Of a stretch of 64,000 nt of DNA, positions 37,318 through 46,636 are shown piece by piece. How positions within the stretch are numbered: position 1 is the first letter of the stretch; each line of letters opens with the position of its first letter. The translations under genes and the position numbers were made by a program. A model generated the notes under the pieces. It saw only the letters and a program-made list of their open reading frames with translations, made no database searches and was not told the origin of the DNA. Source of the stretch: a virus; UHGV virus genome UHGV-0109738; one strand, written 5' to 3'.

Positions 37318-38622
37318 TTAGAAATAAGTGTTAAAGTCAGGGACTTCGCCTTTTTTGTCTTCACTTGCTGTGTTGGCGGCTAGCGGAGTTGCTTTACCCA
37401 GGGATTTAAACATTGCCTCTAATGCTTCACCGCTTAATGCGTTAGCAACAATTTCGCCGTGAACTTTTGCTACTGCGGCGCGTTTTTCTGCTACTTCTTT
37501 ATTTGCGTTTGCTGCAATTTCTTCTTTAATTGCTTTCTGGTTGGTCTGTAATTCTTCTTGGTTGGTCTGCAATTCTTCTACGCTTGCCTGTACTGGTTTT
37601 AATGCCTCTGCTACTGCATTAGCGATATTGGCGGCTAAGCCTTCGTTAATTTCTTTTACCAGTTCGGCGCGTTCTTCTTTTGTCAAAGGCATGGGATCGT
37701 CCTCCGATTTATTGGCCTTAATTTTTTCATTCAGGGAGAAAAGATTAGAAAGGTGTTCAGCGAACTGAGCAAACCATGATTTACTTTCCTCGTTGGTTGC
37801 AAGCTCGCCATTATTGAGAATAATTTTATCAGCCTGTTTTTCGTAGTTGTATCTTTCCGCACAGTTTTCATTAGTGGCGATCGTCACCTCTCTATCAGTG
37901 AAGTCCACCACGTATACGTAATCAGCGTCAGGGAACATTTCCCGCGCGGCAGCGGTTAACTGCTTTTCAAGTGTGCGATAGCTATTTTCTTTCATTGCCA
38001 CCGCCATTAACGGCTTCGCCTGGTCGGTATTAACCATTAAGCCTACGCCCTGTTCCGGCGAAGCGGCTGGCGGCTCATGCAGCAAGATAGCGTCATGGTC
38101 GATCGACATGATTTTCACTACATGGTCAGCACCCTGGGCTTTCATTTTTTCGGTGGCTGGCATACGCTGGCGATATACAGCGACGGACGACCAGATAGGA
38201 TCTTTGCTTTCTCCTTTCTCCAGTGCTTCCAGTCGGGCTAATAATTCGCGGCCCTGGCTTGAATGGCTGGCGGTTTCCACATCCACCCATTTTTCCACAT
38301 AAACACGGTTGCCGCGTAACTCAACGTTTCTGTTCCACGCACCACAAAAACCCGTGTTTAATCCTTCCGGGCTAAATGCTGAAACAAATTTACCGTCAAC
38401 GGTAGGATGGCCCAGCGGGGCAAGCGTACCCTCCAGTGACTGGTAATTAGCGATAATTTCAGCTTCCGGGTAATATTCACGATTCATAACGATATTGAAT
38501 GGCAGCGTATATGATGGCACAACAATGTGCTCGCGTCCGTTATAAGTTTCCCGGCGTATGGTATTAGCGGTTAATTTGGTATTAACCTGAATCAGTTCTT
38601 TACTCACGGTTTTTACTCCCAA
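37318..38622 (-). CDS. Prohead scaffold/protease-like protein
   Basis: 434 aa; C-terminal half is coiled-coil with tandem ELQTNQEELQTNQ; position between head-morphogenesis and capsid genes. Confidence 0.4.
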   Translation of the reverse strand: MGVKTVSKELIQVNTKLTANTIRRETYNGREHIVVPSYTLPFNIVMNREYYPEAEIIANYQSLEGTLAPLGHPTVDGKFVSAFSPEGLNTGFCGAWNRNVELRGNRVYVEKWVDVETASHSSQGRELLARLEALEKGESKDPIWSSVAVYRQRMPATEKMKAQGADHVVKIMSIDHDAILLHEPPAASPEQGVGLMVNTDQAKPLMAVAMKENSYRTLEKQLTAAAREMFPDADYVYVVDFTDREVTIATNENCAERYNYEKQADKIILNNGELATNEESKSWFAQFAEHLSNLFSLNEKIKANKSEDDPMPLTKEERAELVKEINEGLAANIANAVAEALKPVQASVEELQTNQEELQTNQKAIKEEIAANANKEVAEKRAAVAKVHGEIVANALSGEALEAMFKSLGKATPLAANTASEDKKGEVPDFNTYF

Positions 38623-39557
38623 TCTTCGCCATATTTAGCGTGCGCAACTTTATAGTTTTCTTGCGCCCGATCTAATATTCGTTCGTTTAATATGTTACCG
38701 TCTTCGTCAACTAATACGGTAATCGTGCTACATTTGCAGTTAATTGAATTAGGGGATCTACTCCACCATTCGCGCTGCTCATCTATGGTGTATGTTTTAC
38801 CGTGCCGCTGCGCGTGCGATAGCCTGGTAGTCGGTGATAATGCCGAAATGTGCATTTGCATAGTGCGCAGATTAAATTCTTCTGTCGCCGCTTCTGCCTC
38901 ATCCATACGCGCTGTGCGTAACGCTGTGCATATTTCAGTTCGAGCAATACGTTTACACCTGTATAGCGGTAATTGCGTCTCCTGATTCAATGTGCGCGCT
39001 ATTTCCAGTGGGTTTAAACCACGGGCCATGCCTTCAGTTAGTCGGCGGGCCATATCCTTTTTGATCTGTGCTGTCAGCCCGCGCATTTCCTCAAATACAC
39101 GGGTACGGACAAGGGCAAGGCGTGTGCGGTAAGTTGTGCTGGATAGCACGACAGACACATCAGGATAGGCGCTTGAGTACGTGACAGACTGGTTAGCGAG
39201 GTTGGCATATTCCTGTGCCGTGCCGCGCTGATAAGCCACCTTCACGTAATTCTGCCAAAACCAAAAACTTTCCGGGTCGGTTAGCTCGAATATCTCATCA
39301 ATCATGTCGCTGGCGTCCTCCAGCATGTCATGCAGTTCATCCATGTAAATCTGAAAGGTGTATTTCTTATTAACAGCCAGGCTATATTGTATTCTGTCAA
39401 GTATGGCGAGATATGGATCGGCTATTTTGTTCAGGCAGGATTTGAAACGCTTAATAGCGCCAGACCTTAACTTCCCTGTCATGGTCGGGTCTTCGGTGTT
39501 AGATGGCATTATCGCGGCTGGAGGTATTCGCCTGATTATTTTCTTCACCTTCATCAT
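38613..39557 (-). CDS. Head morphogenesis protein (Mu F-like)
   Basis: Motif ..RIARTEICTALRTARM.. resembles Mu F/SPP1 gp7 family; follows the portal gene. Confidence 0.65.
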   Translation of the reverse strand: MMKVKKIIRRIPPAAIMPSNTEDPTMTGKLRSGAIKRFKSCLNKIADPYLAILDRIQYSLAVNKKYTFQIYMDELHDMLEDASDMIDEIFELTDPESFWFWQNYVKVAYQRGTAQEYANLANQSVTYSSAYPDVSVVLSSTTYRTRLALVRTRVFEEMRGLTAQIKKDMARRLTEGMARGLNPLEIARTLNQETQLPLYRCKRIARTEICTALRTARMDEAEAATEEFNLRTMQMHISALSPTTRLSHAQRHGKTYTIDEQREWWSRSPNSINCKCSTITVLVDEDGNILNERILDRAQENYKVAHAKYGEDWE

Positions 39558-40893
39558 CGTTTTCCTCGTCTTCCAGTTCTACTTCATTAGCCGGGCCATC
39601 GTATCCGGCAGCTTCACGGATCTCGTCACCGCTGAATATTTCCTCACCAGTAGCGAGACATGCATGATTGATTTGTGCCATTTTGTATGCCGCGTCGAGT
39701 AGCTCAGCTTTTGTCATGGCGTTAAGGTCGTCCCACAGCACAGATACGTCTACTGGCATACTGATAAGGCGGAGATCTGCCATCTTGCGGAATAGTTCCT
39801 CAAGCTCGCCTCCTATTTCCTCCCGGCGGGTCATACAGCGGTTATTGAAGTAGCGGAGGTCTTCGGTTGATGCACGCTCACCCTGCTGATTCCCAACCAG
39901 GATACGCGTTGGAATGTCGATGCCAGCGGCGGCGGTTTGCAGGTTGACGTCATAGGTAGCGGACGGATCGGCTACGGCAGTAACCAGCGGGCTAACGGTA
40001 GCTCCCTGCAATGCCATCATCACATCATTACCTTTATTTATATCCTCTGCCGCTTCATTGAATTTTTCGCGTAGCTCTGTAACGTCGCAACCGTATGTTG
40101 CAGCCAGGGAACGGAAATCAATCTCTTTATCGAACGAGATAGCCAGTTGACGTGCTGCGTTTTTCAGGAATGATTCACCGCTGCCGCCTTCCACTTTCTC
40201 CAGTGAAACGAATGCGTTATAGGACGGTTCAAGGAAAGCGATGGCATCATCAGAATAATCACCGAAGATAAATATGCGATCTGGATGTATCTTTCTTGCT
40301 ATGGTCTTACTGTTAATGCGCTCCTTGTATTCCCACCATGTAGGCAGGCCATAGTTTTCTTTATCCGGGTTTTCTTCGAAGTCCTTCGGTGTAAGAGCAC
40401 CAGCCCATACGGGGGTAAATTTGGCAATGCCTACGCCTTTTGTTACTGGCTGATCCCACGGCTTGTTATCCCTGACGTGAATTAACAGTCCAGCATAACG
40501 ACCGATGAGGCGGCGGCGATCGCATTCAGCAATTACGCGCCAGAATCTATTGTCGAATCGTTTTTTGATTTCTCTTTCCCACGAAGTTTCCTTTTCCGCT
40601 TTCTCGTCTTCCGTACCTTCAATCAGCGTTGGCCTGGTGCGCCAGCACGTAGTAATGATCTTCTCAATAGCACCGTGAGCGATACCACCGCGACGATACA
40701 GTTTGTATAAATCGGCATAGGTGATTTCTTCTTTAAATCCGTATTCACTCCACGCAGCATCACGTTTGGCATCTATCCCCATAGTGAACGGATGTGCCGC
40801 TGCATAGCGGGCAAAGGCCGCCTGGCGTTGAGACAAGGCAGCATTAACCGCCAATTCTAAATTGGATGGCATAATGTTTACTCCTGAATACAT
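39499..40893 (-). CDS. Portal protein
   Basis: 464 aa, acidic C-terminal tail (ELEDEENDDEGEEN), immediately downstream of terminase large subunit. Confidence 0.7.
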   Translation of the reverse strand: MYSGVNIMPSNLELAVNAALSQRQAAFARYAAAHPFTMGIDAKRDAAWSEYGFKEEITYADLYKLYRRGGIAHGAIEKIITTCWRTRPTLIEGTEDEKAEKETSWEREIKKRFDNRFWRVIAECDRRRLIGRYAGLLIHVRDNKPWDQPVTKGVGIAKFTPVWAGALTPKDFEENPDKENYGLPTWWEYKERINSKTIARKIHPDRIFIFGDYSDDAIAFLEPSYNAFVSLEKVEGGSGESFLKNAARQLAISFDKEIDFRSLAATYGCDVTELREKFNEAAEDINKGNDVMMALQGATVSPLVTAVADPSATYDVNLQTAAAGIDIPTRILVGNQQGERASTEDLRYFNNRCMTRREEIGGELEELFRKMADLRLISMPVDVSVLWDDLNAMTKAELLDAAYKMAQINHACLATGEEIFSGDEIREAAGYDGPANEVELEDEENDDEGEENNQANTSSRDNAI

Positions 40894-41020
40894 GTTTACG
40901 CGTTGCTACGCGAAAAATAGAAAAATTCGTGAGGGATTGTGAGGCAGATTTTGTGTAGCTAATTGAGAATTATTATTGTTCATCTTCGAAAATTTTTCGA
41001 AGTTGATAATAATCAATAAC

Positions 41021-42505
41021 TTAAAACCCTCGCAGGCGCTTAGGTAACATAAGGCCCATTGCCTGTGGCTGGCTTAGTTCGGTGATACCCCATACCATTG
41101 CGTCCATACGGTCAGGGGATTTTTTGGCGGTAGCTGGCACGTATTCCATCATTTGATTTTCCAGCGTATATAGCTCACCAGTGTGTGCCACCCTTCCTTG
41201 TGCATACAGTGCTGATATTGGTTCGGCGCGGGCGAATTTACCTTTGCTTGCGTGCACCTTAACAATGCGGCCTTTGAATCCTGCATTGCGTAGCGTGGCC
41301 TCTGCCATGTCACCGCCCTGGTTGGTTTCGATAACTATCGCGTCAGCTTCATGGATGTCATAAGCGTTCATTGCTGCTTGCGCCCAGTCGTTAGGCGACA
41401 TGCGGCCTGAATAGTCACCGTCTACTGAATACTGTGCGTACTTGCCGCCACCATAAGCGGAACACGCCATGATCCCCGTTTCGTCTGACTCATCAGATGA
41501 TGTTGTCGCAGGGTCAATAGCTATCACAGTGCGGATTTTCTCCTGCGTTATCTGCATCCGGTGCGCGGCGGTAATCATCGCCTCTGTCCACAACGCACCC
41601 TCTTCGTCGAATTTACGCGGGCGCTGCATGTACTGGGCCTCAAATGACCGTCTGTGTGCCTTCAGTCCAGCTTCATGGGCGTCATTGTGCTTTTTAGGCC
41701 ATAGCCAGCCATCTGGCAGGTTATGAGGAATGGGGATAGCGAACTCGTTTTCAGGATACAAATCCCGGTAGTCAACGCTGTTGTCGATTTTCACTGGCAG
41801 GTTCAAGTGATACCACTTTTCACCGCTTCCACCGCGTAGCAGGTAGCCGGACAAATCATCGTAGTGGATGCGCTGCATGATGACGATGACAGGCGTTGTT
41901 TGCACCGCCAGACGTGAAGCAAGCGTGTCGTTGTAGTTGGTGTTTACCTGCTTTCTCACCACGTCAGAGTAAGCGTCAGCGGGTTTTAATGGGTCGTCGA
42001 TGATTAACGCGCCATTAAATCCTGGCTCCATATACCCCGCACGGAACCCTGTAACCTGGCCAAGCGATGACGTTGCATACACGCCGCCACCGTATTCAGT
42101 CCACCACATTGATTTTGAGTTTGCATCGTTGCGGATCCTCATGGGCCACATTGCCTGATATTCAGGCGTACAGATCATGTTTCTTACGGTCGAGGAATTG
42201 AGTAACGCCAGGTTGTTGGAATAGGAGACATGAAGGAATCGTGTGCGGGGATTTATTGCGAGTGACCGCGCCATCATGTTGATAGTTGCGATCATGGTTT
42301 TGCCGTACCCTGGAGGGATGTTAATGATGAGTCGGGTTATCTCACCATTGACAACGCGTTGCAGTGCGTCGCGGATAGCTAAGTGATGGCCTGAGATTAA
42401 CATCTTCGTTCCGTTCGCTTGCTTATAGAAGTAGCGATTGAAAAACAGGCCATCGTTTTCACATTTGGACTGAATAACTCGTTCTTTGATTGTCAGCATA
42501 ATCAC
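41021..42505 (-). CDS. Terminase large subunit
   Basis: 494 aa; Walker A-like IPPGYGKT, Walker B-like LIIDDP, C-terminal nuclease-type acidic residues. Confidence 0.85.
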   Translation of the reverse strand: MIMLTIKERVIQSKCENDGLFFNRYFYKQANGTKMLISGHHLAIRDALQRVVNGEITRLIINIPPGYGKTMIATINMMARSLAINPRTRFLHVSYSNNLALLNSSTVRNMICTPEYQAMWPMRIRNDANSKSMWWTEYGGGVYATSSLGQVTGFRAGYMEPGFNGALIIDDPLKPADAYSDVVRKQVNTNYNDTLASRLAVQTTPVIVIMQRIHYDDLSGYLLRGGSGEKWYHLNLPVKIDNSVDYRDLYPENEFAIPIPHNLPDGWLWPKKHNDAHEAGLKAHRRSFEAQYMQRPRKFDEEGALWTEAMITAAHRMQITQEKIRTVIAIDPATTSSDESDETGIMACSAYGGGKYAQYSVDGDYSGRMSPNDWAQAAMNAYDIHEADAIVIETNQGGDMAEATLRNAGFKGRIVKVHASKGKFARAEPISALYAQGRVAHTGELYTLENQMMEYVPATAKKSPDRMDAMVWGITELSQPQAMGLMLPKRLRGF

Positions 42506-42987
42506 ACCTCATCTTCTACTTCCTGAACGATGCGGGCGATCTCTTCTTTTGTGACTTCTACCTGTACTGGTGCTTCTTCCCTGTTGCCTACGATTTCCTG
42601 CGTAACGCGTTCGCCATACTTACGCGGTTGCAGTTTTGCCAATAGCCATTTACGGGTTTCAATCATCAATTGATGGCGGCGGCATTGGTCTTTATCGGTG
42701 TTCTCCGCTGCGTCCGCTATGTCGATAATCTCATCAGCCAATACCTCAAAACCGATCTCTTTCGCGCGTATGTACATGTCCGAGAACTCTGGCACGTCTC
42801 TGAACCATTTAAGGATTGTTGAACGCGCAGGCATATCAGGCATCTTCGAAATCTTGTTAATACTTTGACCGTCCGCCACCAGCTCACAGATCTCTAATGC
42901 CTTTTCTTCGGTATAACCATGCGGACGGCCCACCTTTTTAGCTGCTGGCTTTTTATCGTCAGCTTTTGCCTTTTTAGTGCGGGCCAT
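42502..42987 (-). CDS. Terminase small subunit
   Basis: 161 aa, basic N-terminus with HTH-like segment; 4-nt overlap with large subunit. Confidence 0.6.
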   Translation of the reverse strand: MARTKKAKADDKKPAAKKVGRPHGYTEEKALEICELVADGQSINKISKMPDMPARSTILKWFRDVPEFSDMYIRAKEIGFEVLADEIIDIADAAENTDKDQCRRHQLMIETRKWLLAKLQPRKYGERVTQEIVGNREEAPVQVEVTKEEIARIVQEVEDEV

Positions 42988-43152
42988 ATTTCACCTCTCA
43001 AAACCATTTGCACAGAATATATAAACACGCAATTAATGTTGCGCAGTATGTTACCGTTTCCAGAAAGTCGAATAGCTCTTTCATTGATACCATCCACTTT
43101 ATTTGACTTGCTTAATTTAGGAAGCGCATAAAATGCGCGTCCAAGCCATAAC

Positions 43153-43221
43153 CTATTGAGTCAGTGCGGTCATGGTAAGAACAATCGCAACAATCAGGAA
43201 AAAGAAATCAAGCCATTTCAT
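43153..43221 (-). CDS. Mini-ORF a (22 aa, single TM): MKWLDFFFLIVAIVLTMTALTQ
   Basis: AGGGGG RBS 7 nt upstream of ATG. Confidence 0.4.
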   Translation of the reverse strand: MKWLDFFFLIVAIVLTMTALTQ

Positions 43222-43238
43222 TTTTAACCCCCTGCGAT

Positions 43239-43310
43239 TCAGTTGACACTTAAAAGCACCGCAACGATGACAATCACTATAATCATGCAAAAGAAGTCTG
43301 CTTCCCTCAT
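43239..43310 (-). CDS. Mini-ORF b (23 aa, single TM): MREADFFCMIIVIVIVAVLLSVN
   Basis: ATGA overlap with mini-ORF c; GAGGG RBS. Confidence 0.4.
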   Translation of the reverse strand: MREADFFCMIIVIVIVAVLLSVN

Positions 43311-43387
43311 CTTTTAAACCCTCGATAAAAATCAACGGCAATAACTGTAATAACAGCCACCAGCAATAGCATTTCGTATGCGTTCAT
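43307..43387 (-). CDS. Mini-ORF c (26 aa, single TM): MNAYEMLLLVAVITVIAVDFYRGFKR
   Basis: ATGA start/stop overlap with mini-ORF d. Confidence 0.4.
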   Translation of the reverse strand: MNAYEMLLLVAVITVIAVDFYRGFKR

Positions 43388-43482
43388 TTGATACTACCCA
43401 TAACAAGGCCGATGATTATGATTATGGCGACAACGCCTAGCATCATTCCGCACATAATCGCCAGTAATTCGAATATATCCAT
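43384..43482 (-). CDS. Mini-ORF d (32 aa, single TM): MDIFELLAIMCGMMLGVVAIIIIIGLVMGSIK
   Basis: AGGTGA RBS 4 nt upstream of ATG. Confidence 0.4.
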   Translation of the reverse strand: MDIFELLAIMCGMMLGVVAIIIIIGLVMGSIK

Positions 43483-43575
43483 GCCGTCACCTATACAACA
43501 TTCTTCCACCAGAAATAGATAATGACGGCTACACCGACCACCAGATGAGATCGTAAATATTCATGGTGAACACCT

Positions 43576-43650
43576 TCAGCTTTCAATGAATATCATGATC
43601 GCCAGCCATACAGCGACGCATAAAGAAAGGATAACGAGTGGGTCAATCAT
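43576..43650 (-). CDS. Mini-ORF e (24 aa, single TM): MIDPLVILSLCVAVWLAIMIFIES
   Basis: GAGGGG RBS; start overlaps the end of mini-ORF f. Confidence 0.4.
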   Translation of the reverse strand: MIDPLVILSLCVAVWLAIMIFIES

Positions 43651-43759
43651 CTTGCCCCTCCACCCAGCGCTTGATCTTTGCGTTTATTAGTGCAACTGCA
43701 ATAAAACCCACCAGATATACAGAAATGCCGATCAATCCGGCAATGATATAATCATCCAT
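43643..43759 (-). CDS. Mini-ORF f (38 aa, single TM): MDDYIIAGLIGISVYLVGFIAVALINAKIKRWVEGQDD
   Basis: GGTGA RBS 8 nt upstream; 4-nt gap after mini-ORF g. Confidence 0.4.
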   Translation of the reverse strand: MDDYIIAGLIGISVYLVGFIAVALINAKIKRWVEGQDD

Positions 43760-43763
43760 AACA

Positions 43764-43832
43764 TTATTCACCAACCAGTAATATTACAGCGGCAGCCATT
43801 CCGATAAACAAACCCAACAGAAAAGTAACCAT
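43764..43832 (-). CDS. Mini-ORF g (22 aa, single TM): MVTFLLGLFIGMAAAVILLVGE
   Basis: GGGGGTGA RBS; ATG 3 nt after stop of gene 43835-44419. Confidence 0.4.
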   Translation of the reverse strand: MVTFLLGLFIGMAAAVILLVGE

Positions 43833-43834
43833 AA

Positions 43835-44419
43835 TCACCCCCGTTTAAAGCTCATTACACGCGGTACAAGCGCTTCTTTTGCTTTAGGCTTACGTTTGCC
43901 TTTCTTCGCTGGTTTTTTCTCTTCTTTCGGCTCCTCTGCCTGTTCAACTGCCTGTTCTGCTGCATCAGTCGCCTTTTCCGCCTGGTCTAATGCCTGCTCT
44001 ACGACTTCAGCCGCCTGCATTGCTGCAACCTGTGCTTCGTTTGATTCTGCCAGGATTGGGAAGAATGCGTCAAAGATGCGGCCTACCATGTAAGCATATG
44101 TCTCGTTTGCTGGGTGAGTTGGATCAGTGGTCGCCACGACGCCTACATCACTTAAAACGTGGAATGTAGTGTGTGCGCATTCATGTACCAGCGTTCCTAA
44201 CTCATTATCGAATACTGCGATCACGTAGAAGTTACCGCCTTTCTCACCCGTGCAGGTTAATGTCAGGCCGCCTGCCAGTTCGAAATCAGGTTCGATCGGA
44301 ATCCCTGCCTTCTCGCAAAATTCATAAAACATGTCGCGGGTCGGGCAGAAGAAAACAGTTGTATGCTCAAAGAGCGGAACTTTGAATTGAGGCAACTTGA
44401 TGCCTTTAGCCTTAGCCAT
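43835..44419 (-). CDS. Hypothetical protein with HExxH metallopeptidase-like motif
   Basis: 194 aa; LVHECAHTTFH motif; Ala/Glu-rich linker and lysine-rich C-terminal tail; between Rz and the mini-ORF array. Confidence 0.45.
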   Translation of the reverse strand: MAKAKGIKLPQFKVPLFEHTTVFFCPTRDMFYEFCEKAGIPIEPDFELAGGLTLTCTGEKGGNFYVIAVFDNELGTLVHECAHTTFHVLSDVGVVATTDPTHPANETYAYMVGRIFDAFFPILAESNEAQVAAMQAAEVVEQALDQAEKATDAAEQAVEQAEEPKEEKKPAKKGKRKPKAKEALVPRVMSFKRG

Positions 44420-44698
44420 CAGAATATTCCTCTATCCTGAAAAATATAACCCCCGCAAAACTGGACACCGCAGGGAGTGAAAACAGCTATAAAACACTAA
44501 AAACGGCGCTGCATGAGTACCGTTTTCAGAATTTTATAAAACTGGATAATGGCGCTTTCTTCTACCCAGGTAGCGCCCTACCTGTTAATGAGGTTGTTTA
44601 CCAGGTATTACGTGTTTTTGACTATTCCGCCGTCGCTCGCGGGAAGGATTGGCCCGGTTATGGCTGGCTGGCAGAAACGGCGACACGTCCACGCGCTG

Positions 44699-45169
44699 TT
44701 ATTCTTTGCGTAAGCACTGCGTTTTGATGTAGTCCTGTAACCCAGTGATCTGAGCGTCTTTCGTTTTTAGTTGTTCTCTGAGGGATAGATAAGCTGATTC
44801 AGCGTCGGGAGTGAGTCTACAGGTGGCTCCATCAATGGCGCTGGCGGATCCGGTGGGGTCAGACACTCGCACGGGCGTTGCGTTGACGCGCAGCCGGATA
44901 GTGCCGTTATCAATACCAGTGCGCAGATCGGCAATGTCAGATCTGATAGCTTTAATTTCATCGTGATACCTCTTATCAAGTTTTGACAGTTCGGCGTTTC
45001 GCTCCTTCATCTGCTGAATAGTATTACTTGCTGTTTTTAGTGCGCCCTGCGTAGTAGTTAGCTCGCTTTGCATTGTGTTTATCACTGACTGGCAATGACT
45101 GAGCGCGGCAACAAGGCCAACAACAATACAAACAACAACGGCGATGATTAACGTCTTCACCTTGTCCAT
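44699..45169 (-). CDS. Spanin, inner-membrane subunit (Rz-like)
   Basis: 156 aa, N-terminal TM then coiled-coil; follows endolysin; contains an embedded +1-frame lipoprotein gene. Confidence 0.7.
   Translation of the reverse strand: MDKVKTLIIAVVVCIVVGLVAALSHCQSVINTMQSELTTTQGALKTASNTIQQMKERNAELSKLDKRYHDEIKAIRSDIADLRTGIDNGTIRLRVNATPVRVSDPTGSASAIDGATCRLTPDAESAYLSLREQLKTKDAQITGLQDYIKTQCLRKE
44767..44961 (-). CDS. Spanin, outer-membrane lipoprotein subunit (Rz1-like), embedded in Rz
   Basis: [24 protein letters not shown] lipobox followed by Pro-rich sequence; entirely within Rz in another frame. Confidence 0.65.
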   Translation of the reverse strand: MKLKLSDLTLPICALVLITALSGCASTQRPCECLTPPDPPAPLMEPPVDSLPTLNQLIYPSENN

Positions 45170-45648
45170 GTTTCACCCCATTCGCAAACGGCATATTCAA
45201 CCTCGCGGCGGTTAACCAGGCCTTGCCACTTCTTACCGCCAGCGTATACCCAGCGTTTAAGCTGTGCGCACGCTTCTGATTTCTTGCCGTCATTGAGTAG
45301 CTTCAATAAGGTTGATGTTTTGAAATTGGTAGCGCCTACGTTATAGGCGAATGAATAAAGTGCTGCGCGGGTAAAATCTGATATTTCGACTTTAATATAG
45401 GGATCGATCGCTTTTGCGGTCTTGTGTAGATCTTTATTTAACAAAGCATCGCATTCTGATTGCGTGTAAGTCTTGCCAAGCATGATGTCTTTTCCCGTAT
45501 GACCGTGGCAAACAGTCCATACACCAACAACATCACGATAAGGATTGTAATCAACTCCCTCTAATGGCTTAATCATCACCGCCGCAATAGCGATCGCCCC
45601 ACCAGCCGCCGCCGCAACAATCTTGTTTTTCAGCGATTGGCTAATCAT
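45157..45648 (-). CDS. SAR endolysin (phage lysozyme with signal-anchor-release domain)
   Basis: Start at [10 protein letters not shown]; Gly/Ala-rich weakly hydrophobic N-terminus then [28 protein letters not shown] (E-x8-D-x5-T catalytic triad pattern as in phage 21 R). Confidence 0.85.
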   Translation of the reverse strand: MISQSLKNKIVAAAAGGAIAIAAVMIKPLEGVDYNPYRDVVGVWTVCHGHTGKDIMLGKTYTQSECDALLNKDLHKTAKAIDPYIKVEISDFTRAALYSFAYNVGATNFKTSTLLKLLNDGKKSEACAQLKRWVYAGGKKWQGLVNRREVEYAVCEWGETWTR

Positions 45649-45649
45649 G

Positions 45650-45850
45650 TTACTTATTCCCCATTCGCGCGTCGTGTTCCTCTTGCGCTCGCTTGTTCTC
45701 CTGTGATTTGAAGTAATAGTTAACGGCAAATGTGCCTACGGTTGATAAGATACCCACAAAGACGGCAATATCATTGATGGTTATCGCGCCGAAAAAAGCA
45801 GTTACGGCCCCAGTCACATACGCGCACGCCTCCCGTATTCTGTCGAACAT
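45650..45850 (-). CDS. Holin (pinholin-like, two TM segments)
   Basis: 66 aa, two hydrophobic segments and charged C-terminus; immediately upstream of the SAR endolysin. Confidence 0.6.
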   Translation of the reverse strand: MFDRIREACAYVTGAVTAFFGAITINDIAVFVGILSTVGTFAVNYYFKSQENKRAQEEHDARMGNK

Positions 45851-46306
45851 AGATTTTCCTCCAACAAAGCAAAAACCCGGCGCGGGGCCGGGTAGTTATA
45901 GTTTCGCATTGTTAGAGAATATTTTAATCTGTTTGTTTACGACCTACAAATACGGCGTTACGGCTTTCTATATATCAGGCCATTATCAAGCAATGTTTGC
46001 ATATGCCACCGATCCATGTCGCTTAATTCCCAATAAGGAACATCATCAGGTCTTATCATCACCGATTCACCTCTAACCAAATAGGCGATGTTAAATACCT
46101 TATGTAAATAGATGCCATCTTCGATCTCGTTCATAGGTCGCTAACCTTAAACAGTATGCCTTTATCAACGCCACGCTTAATGTCTTCCCTTGTTGTTTTG
46201 AAGAACGGCTCATATTCCCCACCATCGAAGCTGATTGTTACAGTATCGCCGCCCACTATGTAAAAAACGTTCTCCATCAGGTTTACACCATAGATACCGT
46301 CTTCAA

Positions 46307-46501
46307 TCATTTCTTGCGCTCCTTAATAGCTCGCTTGATCTGCACTACCGTAGCATCGAAGAAAGCGAGAAACATCACTACAGGCCATAAAGGAATCTCA
46401 AGGCCACCACGATCGAGATCGTTATATTTGATGAAACAAGACATCAGGATAGCGCCAGCGATATAAAGGAGAAATACAGCAAAGATAAGACATTCAATCA
46501 T
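46307..46501 (-). CDS. Small membrane protein (64 aa)
   Basis: Two hydrophobic helices. Confidence 0.3.
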   Translation of the reverse strand: MIECLIFAVFLLYIAGAILMSCFIKYNDLDRGGLEIPLWPVVMFLAFFDATVVQIKRAIKERKK

Positions 46502-46636
46502 CCTCTTTCTCCCCGCCTAAATGTTGATATATTTTTTCAGCATTTTCCCCGCGCTCAAAACAATAATGCTCAAACATGCGCCAGTGTTCACTAAGAAACA
46601 TAACAATAAACTTGTTTACGTATTCGTCATCCATCG

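Noticed and set aside
43153-43341. Single 62-aa ORF from the ORF track
   Set aside because: Its N-terminal part has no RBS and is a different frame of the region encoding mini-ORF b; the RBS-preceded 22-aa mini-ORF a (43153-43221) is the better model.
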